A stretch of 52,483 nucleotides of DNA from Acidobacteriota bacterium. GTDB taxonomy: Bacteria; Acidobacteriota; Terriglobia; Terriglobales; Acidobacteriaceae. Below are positions 1-10,209 of the stretch, piece after piece. The DNA lies in assembly GCA_021809235.1 (NCBI GenBank), contig JAKBAG010000001.1, forward strand, positions 1 through 52,483, written 5' to 3'. The stretch's first letter is position 1; each line of letters starts with the position of its first letter. The notes below the pieces were generated by a model. The model was given only the letters and a program-made list of their open reading frames with translations, was not told where the DNA came from and ran no database searches. Position numbers and translations under genes: made by a program.

Positions 1-1766
1 ACCGAACTCCACTTCATGTCATTGCCGGAGGTGATGCTCTTGAAGTGCATGGTAAGCAACTGCTCGTGCGGACCCTGCAGGTCAAAGGTGTCAATCTCGG
101 CGCCCATCGTGAAGTCATCCGCGTAGGTCTTGTAGATCGACGGAATATTCGTCTGGATGGTCGGCGGGGCAACATAGGTGAGCTGGAAATCGTCAATGTA
201 GAAGGAGCTGAGATCGTTGCCCGACGCCGGCACGGTCTGGAGATACAGAAAGGCCGAACCGGGATCATATCCGGCCGACATCGTGTAGCCCATCACGTTG
301 ATCTGGTGCCAGTTGCCGTCGGCCAATACGGTCACGCCCGGATAGGCGGTGATGCTGGGATAGCTGGTCTGGCCGTTGAGCGTGGTTTGCAGACTCATGT
401 TCAGCACGTGGCTGGAGCCGTCGGCCTGCGCCATCCGTACCCAGACACTCAGGTTGTATACCGACCCTACATACATCTTGTCGCTGACGCTGATCTGCGG
501 TCCATCGTAATTGGCCACACGCCCGGTGGTCAGCAGGCTGTGTGTGCCGCTATGCGCCTCCAGCGTGCTGTTCTGCACCAGGGACTGGCCGGTACGCGAG
601 CTCCATCCATCCGGACCTCCATCCTCAAAGGTGCTGCTGATGCCGGAGTTGTCCTGCTGGCTGACGCTGACCGGAGCTGCCGTTAACTGCGAGATGGTGA
701 CTCCGCTCAGGTAAAACGAGTCCGTCGCGCTGCTGGACTGCACAAAAAGCACCAGACTCGACGGCGGTCCGGGCTGATCACTGAAGCTGAACGTACCCTG
801 CACCTTGGTCCAGACCGTGTTCGAAAGCGGTCCGGAGGTCGCCGTCGTGCCGAAGAGTCCAGAGGCACTGGCGCAGTTGATCGTCTTGGTGGAGATGGTC
901 ACCGTAGGATTGGTGGCATCCGGAGCAGCCAACAGTACATAAGCCGTAACCTGATAGGTGGCACCGGCAACCACGCCGGAGACATTCAGCAGATTCAGGC
1001 TGGGCCCCATGTAGGTGGCCGTGCGGTTGCTGGTCAGCAGGGCGTGGGTGTTGCCGGCCGGATCCGGCAGCGTGGGCATCTGATTGCTCAGCGTGGCTGA
1101 ACCAAAGGGCGTCCAGCCGTCGAGTTGTCCATCGCTGAAGTTGTAACTTGCCACAGGCGTACCGCCCGGCGGAGGAGCCGTTTCCGTGATCACCACATCG
1201 TCCAGGTACATCGTCTCCGCCGCTGTAGCACCCACGAGCTGGGCATACAACGTAAGTCCTGTCTCCGTGGCGCTTACCGTGTAGGAGCCACCAATCTGCA
1301 CCCAGTTTCCGGCGCTGACGCCGGTCTTGTAGGCACCGATGGTGTCATAACAGGCGCCGCCCGAGCTGGCACAGGCCGGATCCGAACGCCGGATGGTGAA
1401 GTTGGCGCTGGAAGCCGGGGAGCCCGCCGCAAGCTGCACATAACCGGTAATGGTGTACTGAGCACCAGCCTGCAGCAGACCACTGACCACGATCGAAGGA
1501 CCGCCAGCGCCATTTGCTCCGGTAGTGGTGGCCAGACTGCTATTGCCGGTATACGCTGCCGCCGTGGTGAGGGTTGGCGTGGAGGCTCCGTTGAACGAGA
1601 CCCAGCCATCGGTGGAACCGTGATCGAAGTTGTAGGTGGCAACGGTCTGCGCATACAAAGCTGGGCTGGCCAGTCCAAAGGCCAGACCCAAGCCGGCAAG
1701 GACAGGCCCAAGCCTGCCGCGCAGAAGGATGGAAAGCTGCAGGGATTTCTTCCAGTGTCGTAACAT
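1..1766 (-). CDS. Secreted multi-domain endo-1,4-beta-xylanase (3x CBM_4_9/CBM22-like modules + GH10 catalytic domain), 3' end beyond window
   Basis: Not in ORF track (no stop inside window); translated by hand from ATG 1766 with SD AGGAG: MLRHWKKS...LAFGLASPALYA|QTV signal peptide. Three modules start YNFDHGSTDGW / YNFSDGQLDGW / STFEDGGPDGW and end YLDDV / FYLSGV / FYIDDF, then ...LLTMHFKSITSGNDMKWSS, matching the GH10 (E/G)NxMKW motif. Confidence 0.85.
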   Translation of the reverse strand, partial: MLRHWKKSLQLSILLRGRLGPVLAGLGLAFGLASPALYAQTVATYNFDHGSTDGWVSFNGASTPTLTTAAAYTGNSSLATTTGANGAGGPSIVVSGLLQAGAQYTITGYVQLAAGSPASSANFTIRRSDPACASSGGACYDTIGAYKTGVSAGNWVQIGGSYTVSATETGLTLYAQLVGATAAETMYLDDVVITETAPPPGGTPVASYNFSDGQLDGWTPFGSATLSNQMPTLPDPAGNTHALLTSNRTATYMGPSLNLLNVSGVVAGATYQVTAYVLLAAPDATNPTVTISTKTINCASASGLFGTTATSGPLSNTVWTKVQGTFSFSDQPGPPSSLVLFVQSSSATDSFYLSGVTISQLTAAPVSVSQQDNSGISSTFEDGGPDGWSSRTGQSLVQNSTLEAHSGTHSLLTTGRVANYDGPQISVSDKMYVGSVYNLSVWVRMAQADGSSHVLNMSLQTTLNGQTSYPSITAYPGVTVLADGNWHQINVMGYTMSAGYDPGSAFLYLQTVPASGNDLSSFYIDDFQLTYVAPPTIQTNIPSIYKTYADDFTMGAEIDTFDLQGPHEQLLTMHFKSITSGNDMKWSS

Positions 1767-1842
1767 GCTAATCTCCTGAAAATTGCGCAGGGAATCCCTT
1801 AGGAGTTGCGGGGGAGTCATTGCGGCACCGATTTGTGCTCTA

Positions 1843-1858
1843 ACTAATTCGGTTTAGT
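1843..1858. promoter_or_regulatory. Candidate LacI-family operator upstream of the xylanase
   Basis: ACTAATTCGGTTTAGT, imperfect 16-bp palindrome with central CG, extended by CTCT...AGAG flanks, about 80 bp upstream of the start codon. Confidence 0.45.
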
Positions 1859-2060
1859 AGAGCGCGAGAATCCTAGTACAGATTTTTTTTGCGTGTCAAC
1901 GAATATTTTTCGAGTTACGAATTTCGACATTTTTATCGCTAACTTTCTCGCAATCTCCGACCATAACTTCACTTACCTGGCAATCGCTCCTGCGGGAACC
2001 CGACACAATCAGACCGGTCAACGGAGAATGACCTTGGTCGAGCCACGAGGCATCGTTCCC

Positions 2061-2100
2061 GAAAGCAAAGGGCCGGGCCGCGAAGATCGCGGCCCGGCCC
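2061..2100 (-). terminator. Intrinsic terminator of the VWFA gene
   Basis: GGGCCGGGCCGCGA-aga-TCGCGGCCCGGCCC 14-bp stem followed on the minus strand by TTTGCTTT. Confidence 0.8.
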
Positions 2101-2160
2101 GGGAAGTCCGTATCTGCAGAAATGGAACCCTTGTCCAGCGATATTGCCGGAGTCGCTGGC

Positions 2161-3234
2161 CTACTGGCCGCTGTAAAACCCGGTGCGGGTGCGAACCGTA
2201 AGCCCCGGACGATCGACGGTGATCTTCAGGCTGTGGTACTGGTCCGGCTTGCCATCAAGCGGCGAGGCGAAGGCCAGAAAGTAGGATTTGTTGGCATCCG
2301 CGGCAGCTCGGGCAATCGTCTCGGCCAGGCTGGTCTTGCCGGAGAAGGAAAAGGCCACGCCGCCGGTATCCTGCGACAGCACCTGTACGGAGAAGCTGCC
2401 GACCGGGGTATGCATCGGATCGGTGACAGGCTTGAGGTAGATAGCGTAGTCTTCCCATTCGACGGTGCGCTCATCGGCCGTGCGCGCCGACTCCAGCGAA
2501 TAGAGGGTGACCCGGGCATGGCGCGAGGCTGAAACCAGTGCCGTCAGCGTGGTAAAGAAGGTCTGCTCCTGTTTGCGATCGGCCAAACTCTGCGTGTTCA
2601 TCATCAGCGGCCAGCCACGGCCGATCCACAGGACCAGCTTGTGGCCGGGCTGCGTGGCCTCATGCGCCAGGAACGCGCCGATGGCGTTTAAGGAGGCCTG
2701 AAGGCGGTCCGTATAGTTATAGAACCCTTCAATCTTGAGATAGGGTCGCTGAGCACCTGGTGTTCCGTGAAGCTGCTGGTAGAGCTGGTTGCCATCCGTG
2801 GAGGGTCCGGCGGCCAGCACCAGCCCCTTGCCATCAAAGTGATAGATGGAGACCGGCGTGTTCAGCTTGCCGCCGTTGGCGCGCAGATAGTCCTCGGCGC
2901 ACTGGCGGATGTAGGCAATGCGGATATCCGGGGTATTCACGTTGTCCAGAACAATATCGACGGCGTCGGGCGGCGCGGGCTTGGCCGTGGCCGGACGGGC
3001 AACATTGGGTGTCTGGAAGGCAAGAATCTTGCGCGGAGTGCCATTGTCGAGCACGGTAAAGTCGCTGGCCTGCAGATCCGTGACGCGGTGGCCGTTGGCA
3101 TCGGTGACGATCAGATCGGTGGCAACGATCTGGGCGGCAGGCTTAGCCGGGGACTTGGCCGGCGACTGTGCCAGCAGGGAAGATGTGGCCAGCAGCAGCG
3201 CAGGCGCAAGAAGCCGGATTGAGGCAACGGACAT
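2161..3234 (-). CDS. Acidobacterial VWFA-related (VWA domain) secreted protein
   Basis: SD GGAGG before ATG 3234; signal peptide; motifs DLIVTDANGHRVTDLQASDFTVLDNG, IVLDNVNT, GHKLVLWIGRGWP, LSQDTGG, YHSLKITVDRPGLTVRTRTGFY. Confidence 0.85.
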   Translation of the reverse strand: MSVASIRLLAPALLLATSSLLAQSPAKSPAKPAAQIVATDLIVTDANGHRVTDLQASDFTVLDNGTPRKILAFQTPNVARPATAKPAPPDAVDIVLDNVNTPDIRIAYIRQCAEDYLRANGGKLNTPVSIYHFDGKGLVLAAGPSTDGNQLYQQLHGTPGAQRPYLKIEGFYNYTDRLQASLNAIGAFLAHEATQPGHKLVLWIGRGWPLMMNTQSLADRKQEQTFFTTLTALVSASRHARVTLYSLESARTADERTVEWEDYAIYLKPVTDPMHTPVGSFSVQVLSQDTGGVAFSFSGKTSLAETIARAAADANKSYFLAFASPLDGKPDQYHSLKITVDRPGLTVRTRTGFYSGQ

Positions 3235-3409
3235 GGAACTCCTCCAGAACATGGGCAGTGCGGTCGCGACGCAGATACGGAAATCCAGCGCAGGCGCTGC
3301 CAGTCTATGGCATGAGAGTTGTCCTAAGACAGGCGAGTTGTCCAACAAGGAAAGAAAAAGAAGAAAATAAGCAGAGAGTTTTGACAACGGCAACACGCAC
3401 AGGAGGAGA

Positions 3410-4054
3410 ATGACCATGACCATGCAGGCTGGCGGCGAGGGAGATGTACTGCTGGTGGTGGATGTACAGCGGGATTTCTGTTTCAGCGGAGCGCTGGCCG
3501 TGCCGGATGGTGATGCGGTGGTGATGCCCATCAATCAGTTGATGGAGCATTTCCGGCACGTGGTCTTGACGCAGGACTGGCATCCGGCCGATCACAGCTC
3601 GTTTGCCGTGCAGCATCCGGGAAGGCAGGCGTTTGATGTGGTCCGGATGCCCTACGGGGAGCAGCAGCTTTGGCCCGTGCACTGCGTTCAAGGGACACCG
3701 GGAGCGGAGTTTCACCCGAAACTGCACTGGAACCGGGCGGAACTCATTGTTCGCAAAGGCTTTCGTCGGGAGATCGACTCGTACTCGGCGTTTCTGGAAA
3801 ACGATCGGACCACGCCGACCGGACTTGCCGGATATCTGCGCGAACGCGGGCTGAGACGGGTCTTTCTGGCCGGCCTGGCACTGGACTATTGCGTGGGATT
3901 TTCCGCACTGGACGCACGCGCCCTGGGTCTGGAAGCGTGGGTGATCTCCGACGCCAGCCGTGCCGTGGGTGTGGGAGGATCCCAGGCGGCGATGCAGCAG
4001 CGGCTGGCAGCCCTGCAGGTGGGTTCGGTAACCTCGGGGGAGTTGAGGCGATAA
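3410..4054 (+). CDS. pncA: Nicotinamidase/pyrazinamidase
   Basis: SD AGGAGG; DVQRDF, TQDWHP..H, WPVHC, RKG..DSYSAF, GLALDYCV catalytic motifs. Confidence 0.93.
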   Translation: MTMTMQAGGEGDVLLVVDVQRDFCFSGALAVPDGDAVVMPINQLMEHFRHVVLTQDWHPADHSSFAVQHPGRQAFDVVRMPYGEQQLWPVHCVQGTPGAEFHPKLHWNRAELIVRKGFRREIDSYSAFLENDRTTPTGLAGYLRERGLRRVFLAGLALDYCVGFSALDARALGLEAWVISDASRAVGVGGSQAAMQQRLAALQVGSVTSGELRR

Positions 4055-4145
4055 AGGGCATCCGGGACGCAGGACTCTGCGTCCAAGTAGAATAGAAAGT
4101 GCGGATGCAGTGCGGTTGTGGCTGATTCGCAATGGAGAGATGGCA

Positions 4146-4916
4146 ATGGGACTGATGAGGACGTCAAACCCGGCACTGAGTGAACGCCAGTTTCGTGGCG
4201 ATGGAGGGTATCCGGGCGGGTATCCGATGCAGCTCGGCGAAACCATGACCCTGAACGGGACGGTGAACAAGACCGGCATCCTGCTGGTTTGCGCCATGGT
4301 GACCGCGTACTGGACCTGGGAGCAGTTTCTGGCGTCGGGAAATCCTGCCTCCGTGGGCGGCTGGATGATGCTGGGCCTGATCGGCGGCCTGGTGATGGCG
4401 ATGGTGACCATCTTCAAAAAGGAGTGGGCCGGAGTGACGGCGCCTGCCTACGCGCTCTGCGAGGGACTGGTGCTGGGCGGCATGTCGGCGATGTTTGAGC
4501 TGCGCTGGCCGGGGATCGCGATTGAGGCCGTGAGCCTGACCTTCGGCGTGCTGCTGGTGCTTCTGCTGGCCTATCGGTCCGGACTGATCCGGGTGACGAA
4601 CAAGATGCGGCTGGGGATCGTGGCCGCAACCGGCGCCATCATGCTCTTCTACCTGGCCGAGATGGTGATGGGCTTCTTTGGCATGCATCTGACGGCGCTG
4701 AATGGCTCCGGCCCGCTCAGCATCGGCATCAGCCTGATTATCGTTGGCGTGGCCGCCATGAATCTGGTGCTGGACTTCGACATGATCGAAACCGGGGTAC
4801 GCATGGGCGCACCGAAGTACATGGAATGGTACGGAGCATTCGGCCTGATGGTAACCCTCGTCTGGCTGTACATGGAGATGCTGCGGTTGCTCTCCAAGCT
4901 GAACAGCCGACGATAA
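4146..4916 (+). CDS. Bax inhibitor-1/YccA family membrane protein
   Basis: MRTSNPAL start, seven hydrophobic segments, LVLDFD and EWYGAFGLMVTLVWLY.E.LRLL signature; start could be 4140. Confidence 0.9.
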   Translation: MGLMRTSNPALSERQFRGDGGYPGGYPMQLGETMTLNGTVNKTGILLVCAMVTAYWTWEQFLASGNPASVGGWMMLGLIGGLVMAMVTIFKKEWAGVTAPAYALCEGLVLGGMSAMFELRWPGIAIEAVSLTFGVLLVLLLAYRSGLIRVTNKMRLGIVAATGAIMLFYLAEMVMGFFGMHLTALNGSGPLSIGISLIIVGVAAMNLVLDFDMIETGVRMGAPKYMEWYGAFGLMVTLVWLYMEMLRLLSKLNSRR

Positions 4917-4945
4917 ATGACGGCTGCACTCCTGCTGGAATGCAG

Positions 4946-4982
4946 GCAAAGCCCCTCCGAAGGATGGAGGGGCTTTGCTTTT
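4946..4982 (+). terminator. Intrinsic terminator
   Basis: GCAAAGCCCCTCC-gaaggat-GGAGGGGCTTTGC then TTTT. Confidence 0.85.
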
Positions 4983-5010
4983 GAGGGTGGGATGGTTGGA
5001 AATCCCTTAT

Positions 5011-5025
5011 TTTCGCTTTTTATTC
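5011..5025 (+). promoter_or_regulatory. Candidate degenerate LexA-type box (NTTC-N7-NTTC) upstream of recA
   Basis: TTTC-GCTTTTT-ATTC in the AT-rich recA promoter region. Confidence 0.45.
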
Positions 5026-5142
5026 TAGTTTTAGCTGCCGGTTTGCTGCTAGAATTCCGATGAATCGCAAACAATTTTCCGAGCCGTATGCGCCGCAAGG
5101 GCGTGAGTTTGGAAGTTGCAGAACCGGACAGGAGACCCCCCA

Positions 5143-6219
<1,077 letters not shown>

Positions 6220-6239
6220 GCTCGCGGAATCGGATAGCC

Positions 6240-6275
6240 AAAAGGCCTGGAGCGCGTGCGCTTCAGGCCTTTTTT
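6240..6275. terminator. Bidirectional intrinsic terminator between recA and the Pmp3 gene
   Basis: AAAAGGCCTGGAGCGC-gt-GCGCTTCAGGCCTTTTTT. Confidence 0.85.
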
Positions 6276-6288
6276 CATGCTCTGGGAG

Positions 6289-6486
6289 TCAGATTCTTCC
6301 TCGGTAAAAAGCGCGGCGAATCTTCTGGTCGGTCTTGTACTGGCTGAGCGCGTAGGCGGACCAGATCGCCGCCGGAATCCAGCCGATAATCGTGACCTGC
6401 AGGATCAGGCAGGCGATGCCGGCAAAGGGACGGCCAATGGTGAAGAACTGCAGCCAGGGAACAAGAATGGCAAGAATCAGTCGCAT
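6289..6486 (-). CDS. YqaE/Pmp3 family small membrane protein (65 aa)
   Basis: MRLILAILVPWLQFFTIGRPFAGIACLILQVTIIGWIPAAIWSAYAL; GGAG SD; this is the real 3' part of the 6289..7956 ORF. Confidence 0.85.
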   Translation of the reverse strand: MRLILAILVPWLQFFTIGRPFAGIACLILQVTIIGWIPAAIWSAYALSQYKTDQKIRRAFYRGRI

Positions 6487-6774
6487 GGGCACGCTCCGGG
6501 GAAGTCTTTTCCGGCCAGTGGCAGATGTGCGATTGTAGCGCTTGGCAGCCGATGACGAAAAGTTCAGCCTGCCAGGCATGGTTTTGCGGGTGCACTCCAC
6601 GTCTAATCGATGAGAAAACCACGAAACGTCGGCCATCTGCACGAATAAAGCAGCGTAGACTGGCATACTAAGGCCGAAGACGCCACAGGAATATAGCGGC
6701 CGGGCATGTCGATAGAGATAGAGAGAAACGAGGCGTAGCCAGTGGGGATTGGGACGCGTCGAGATCGGGTAAGA

Positions 6775-7953
6775 ATGAGCGGAATGGTATTGGTTATTGG
6801 AGCAGGGCCTTATGGACTTTCGCTGGCGGCGCATCTGCGCGCGCGCGGCGTGGAGCACGCGGTTGTGGGCCGGTGCATGGACGCCTGGCGGGAGCACATG
6901 CCGGCGGCGATGGTGCTCAAGTCTGAAGCATTCTCCTCGGATCTGTATGCGCCGGGACGCGGCTATCGGCTGGAGACCTACTGCCGCGAGCAGGGATTGC
7001 CCTACGAGCCCATCGGTCTGCCAGTCCCGCGCAGTGTTTTTGCCGACTACGGACGCGCCTTTCAGCAGCGGTTTGTTCCGGATCTGCGCGAGGAGCACGT
7101 CACACGGCTGGAGCAGGTGTCGGGCGGATTCCGTGCGACGACCGAAAGCGGCTGGAGCACGGAGGCCAGGCGCGTGGTGCTGGCCGTGGGGCTGCATCCG
7201 TTTCCCTATCGGCCACAAGCAATGGAATCCCTGTCCCCGGCGGTGGCATCGCACAGTTTTGACCATGGCGACGTGAGCCATTTTCGCGGCAGGCGGGTGA
7301 TGGTCTGGGGCGCGGGAGCTTCCGCCATCAACCTTGCCATTGACCTGAAAGACCACGGAGCCGAGGTGGAGGTACTGGCGCGTGCGCCGAAGATCATCTT
7401 TCATGATGCGCCGGTGATCGAGCGCCCGCTGCTGGAGCGGATCCGGAATCCGCGTTCGCCGCTGGGACTGGGCTGGCGATCGAAGCTGGCCGCCGAGCTG
7501 CCGGGAGTCTTCCGAAGGCTGCCGGTGGAGTTTCGGCATCGGGTGGTGGCGCGACACCTGGGGCCGGCGCCGAACTGGACGACGCGGAAGGACTTTGAGG
7601 GACGGATTCCAGCGCGACTGGGGCTGGAGGTCGTCTCCATGGCAGAGCGAGACGGAGGCGTGGACGTGGAATGCCAGGCTGCGCATGGCGAGCGAAACCG
7701 GCTGCGCTACGACCATGTGATTGCGGCAACGGGCTTCCGCCCTACGGTGGATCGCTTGGCGCTGCTCGAAGCCGGACTGGCGCAATCGATTGCCACAGAG
7801 ATGGGCGCACCAAAGCTGGATGGCAACTTCCAATGCTCGGTTCCCGGCCTGTATATGGTGGGACTGGCGGCGGCCAACAGCTTTGGTCCACTGTTTCGCT
7901 TTGCCTGCGGGGCACGCTATGCCGCACGGCGGCTCACGGGGCACCTGAGCTGA
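6775..7953 (+). CDS. FAD/NAD(P)-dependent oxidoreductase (class B flavoprotein monooxygenase-like)
   Basis: VIGAGPYGLS FAD motif, second WGAGASA nucleotide motif, VIAATGF, SVPGLYMVG. Confidence 0.85.
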   Translation: MSGMVLVIGAGPYGLSLAAHLRARGVEHAVVGRCMDAWREHMPAAMVLKSEAFSSDLYAPGRGYRLETYCREQGLPYEPIGLPVPRSVFADYGRAFQQRFVPDLREEHVTRLEQVSGGFRATTESGWSTEARRVVLAVGLHPFPYRPQAMESLSPAVASHSFDHGDVSHFRGRRVMVWGAGASAINLAIDLKDHGAEVEVLARAPKIIFHDAPVIERPLLERIRNPRSPLGLGWRSKLAAELPGVFRRLPVEFRHRVVARHLGPAPNWTTRKDFEGRIPARLGLEVVSMAERDGGVDVECQAAHGERNRLRYDHVIAATGFRPTVDRLALLEAGLAQSIATEMGAPKLDGNFQCSVPGLYMVGLAAANSFGPLFRFACGARYAARRLTGHLS

Positions 7954-8208
7954 CAACGCGCTGGCAACACAGGCTGCGACTCATCAGGAAGTTTGAGTTT
8001 GTGCTCCACGTTCAGGTGGAAGACAGCAGACACCGCGGCAAATAGAGTTCAGGAGACGCTTGAACTTCCCCGCGTGAGGTCTTCTGTTGTGAATGCTGTG
8101 TTGCGCCTGCGAAGTCGTGTGCCCGGTCCAGGGTACACCGAAGTTCCTTTGAATCCAGAGAGTGGCCGGGATTGGACTGGTGAATCCGTGCGCGATGGCC
8201 GGAGCAGG

Positions 8209-10197
8209 ATGCTGCCCGGGCTGTTGCTGCTGGCTGGCTGCTGCTGGCTGCTGGGTCCCCGCAGTATGGCCCAGCAAGCCGGCGACTCCGCCCTGCCCAT
8301 GGTGGGTGCACAGACAGGCGGCTCCAGCGAGAACAGTGGCTCAGCTACGGCCGGGGTCTTTGCCCCGGTTCTGGACGCGGAAAAGCGGCCGATTACTGCG
8401 GGCGGATTTGTGAAGAGCGGCCCGGTGATCTTTCGGGACATCTCGAAGGAGTCGGGATTGACCACGTGGAAGCATACGATGGGCACGCCGCAAAAGTCCT
8501 TCATTCTGGAGACCATTGGCTCGGGTGTGGCGCTGCTTGATTACGACCACGATGGCTGGCTGGACATCTACCTGGTGAACGGATCCACTTTTGACGCCGA
8601 AACCGGGAAAACCACTCCCCCGCATGCTGCACTCTTCCACAACAACCATGACGGCACCTTTACCAATGTGGCTGCGGCTGCAGGTGTGACCAATGATCGC
8701 TGGGGCTTTGGCGTGGCCGTGGGCGACTTTGACAATGATGGCTGGCCCGATCTGTATGTGGCAAACTACGGCAAAAACCGCCTCTATCGCAACAACCACG
8801 ATGGAACCTTTACCGACGTGGCGGAGAAGGCGGGCGTCACCCTGGGCAACTGGTCCACAGGGCCAAGCTTTGGCGACTACGATGGCGACGGCCTGCTGGA
8901 TATCTTTGTTCCCGGCTACATTCACTGGGACATGCAGCACATGCCAGTCTCCGGATCGCGTGAGGTCGGCTTTGCCTTCTGCCAGTTTCGCGGAGCCAGA
9001 ACCATGTGCGGACCGCGCGGACTGCCGGGGGAACCCGACCATCTGTTTCACAACAACGGCGACGGCACCTTCACCGATGTGAGCCTGAAGGCTGGAGTGG
9101 AGGACAAGCAGCGCTACTACGGATTCTCCTCCACCTTTGTGGACATGAATGACGATGGCAAGGTGGACCTGGTGGTGACCGACGACTCGTCGCCTAATTA
9201 TCTGTACCTGAACAAGGGGAATGGCACCTTTGAGGATGCTAGCTTTTACAGCGGCTTTGCGCTGAACCAGGACGGACGCGAGACCGCGGGCATGGGGATT
9301 GCCGTGGGCGACAGCGCCAATAATGGTCGCCTGGACCTGTATACCACGACCTTCTCCGACGACTACAAAGCGCTCTATCGCAACCAGGGGAATTCCAATT
9401 TTGTGGATGTGACGCCGCAAATGGGCATGGCCGAGCCAACCTATCCCTTTCTGGGTTGGGGCACGGCTTTCTTCGACTACGACAACGATGGCTGGAAGGA
9501 TCTGATGTTTGTCAGCGGGCATGTCTATCCGCAGGTGGACCAGCATACCTGGGGCACATCCTTTGCCGAGCGTCCGCTGCTGTTTCACAACGAGGAGCAT
9601 GGCCGGAAGTTTGAGATTATGCCCGCTGTGGAGGGCACCGGACTGGCCGACGTGATCCCGGCCCGTGGAGCAGCCTTTGGCGACCTGTTCAATGACGGCA
9701 AGATCGATGTGGTGATCAACTGCCTGGACCATACGCCGGTGCTGCTGCGGAATGTAGCCGAAGAGCAGAATCACTGGGTTGGTCTGGAGCTGACCGGAAC
9801 AGGCAAAAGTCCGCGTGACGCGATTGGAGCTACCGTCTGGCTGACCGCCAACGGGATGCGACAGCGCGAGGATGTGATGAGCGGCGGCAGCTTTGAGTCG
9901 TCCAACGACGAGCGGGTTCACTTTGGACTAGGTGCTGCCACCACTGTGCAGAAAGTGGAGATTCGCTGGCCCGACGGACGGAGACAAACACTGACCTTGC
10001 CGTCGGTGGATCGCTTCTTTGCCGTCCAGGAAGACAAGGGCATCGTTCCCAGCGTCTATGACCAGGTTGCGCTGCAGAGCGCACAGAAGCTGCAGCCGGA
10101 GCACAAGGTGGCCTTGCATTCGGAGATGCCTGCCAAGAGCCGAAAATCCGCATCCGGGAAAGCTGCGGATACCGCCGGATCGGTCGGCGCACAGTAG
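8209..10197 (+). CDS. CRTAC1-family secreted protein (FG-GAP beta-propeller + ASPIC/UnbV domain)
   Basis: Signal peptide; seven DxDxDG-type repeats (DYDHDGWLD, DFDNDGWPD, DYDGDGLLD, DMNDDGKVD, DSANNGRLD, DYDNDGWKD, DLFNDGKID); C-terminal HFGLG...IRWPDG; start approximate. Confidence 0.9.
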   Translation: MLPGLLLLAGCCWLLGPRSMAQQAGDSALPMVGAQTGGSSENSGSATAGVFAPVLDAEKRPITAGGFVKSGPVIFRDISKESGLTTWKHTMGTPQKSFILETIGSGVALLDYDHDGWLDIYLVNGSTFDAETGKTTPPHAALFHNNHDGTFTNVAAAAGVTNDRWGFGVAVGDFDNDGWPDLYVANYGKNRLYRNNHDGTFTDVAEKAGVTLGNWSTGPSFGDYDGDGLLDIFVPGYIHWDMQHMPVSGSREVGFAFCQFRGARTMCGPRGLPGEPDHLFHNNGDGTFTDVSLKAGVEDKQRYYGFSSTFVDMNDDGKVDLVVTDDSSPNYLYLNKGNGTFEDASFYSGFALNQDGRETAGMGIAVGDSANNGRLDLYTTTFSDDYKALYRNQGNSNFVDVTPQMGMAEPTYPFLGWGTAFFDYDNDGWKDLMFVSGHVYPQVDQHTWGTSFAERPLLFHNEEHGRKFEIMPAVEGTGLADVIPARGAAFGDLFNDGKIDVVINCLDHTPVLLRNVAEEQNHWVGLELTGTGKSPRDAIGATVWLTANGMRQREDVMSGGSFESSNDERVHFGLGAATTVQKVEIRWPDGRRQTLTLPSVDRFFAVQEDKGIVPSVYDQVALQSAQKLQPEHKVALHSEMPAKSRKSASGKAADTAGSVGAQ

Positions 10198-10209
10198 GGG
10201 AATGCGAGC

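Noticed and set aside
45-1763. Plus-strand ORFs 45..686 and 1125..1763
   Set aside because: Antisense shadows of the minus-strand xylanase; no motifs
3235-3534. N-terminal extension of the VWFA ORF to 3534
   Set aside because: Overlaps pncA; SD and signal peptide support the start at 3234
6487-7956. 555-aa minus ORF 6289..7956
   Set aside because: Only the last 65 codons (Pmp3 family) look real; the rest is antisense to the oxidoreductase
8630-9080. Recurring AACAAC(C/G)..GA(C/T)GG.ACCTT.ACC.A.GTG DNA repeats
   Set aside because: Coding FG-GAP blade repeats (HNN.DGTFT.V), irregular spacing; not CRISPR
9160-9172. Short reverse-strand match to the tRNA-Ala 3' end (CAGGTCCACC)
   Set aside because: 10-bp match inside the CRTAC1 coding sequence; expected by chance, not an att site
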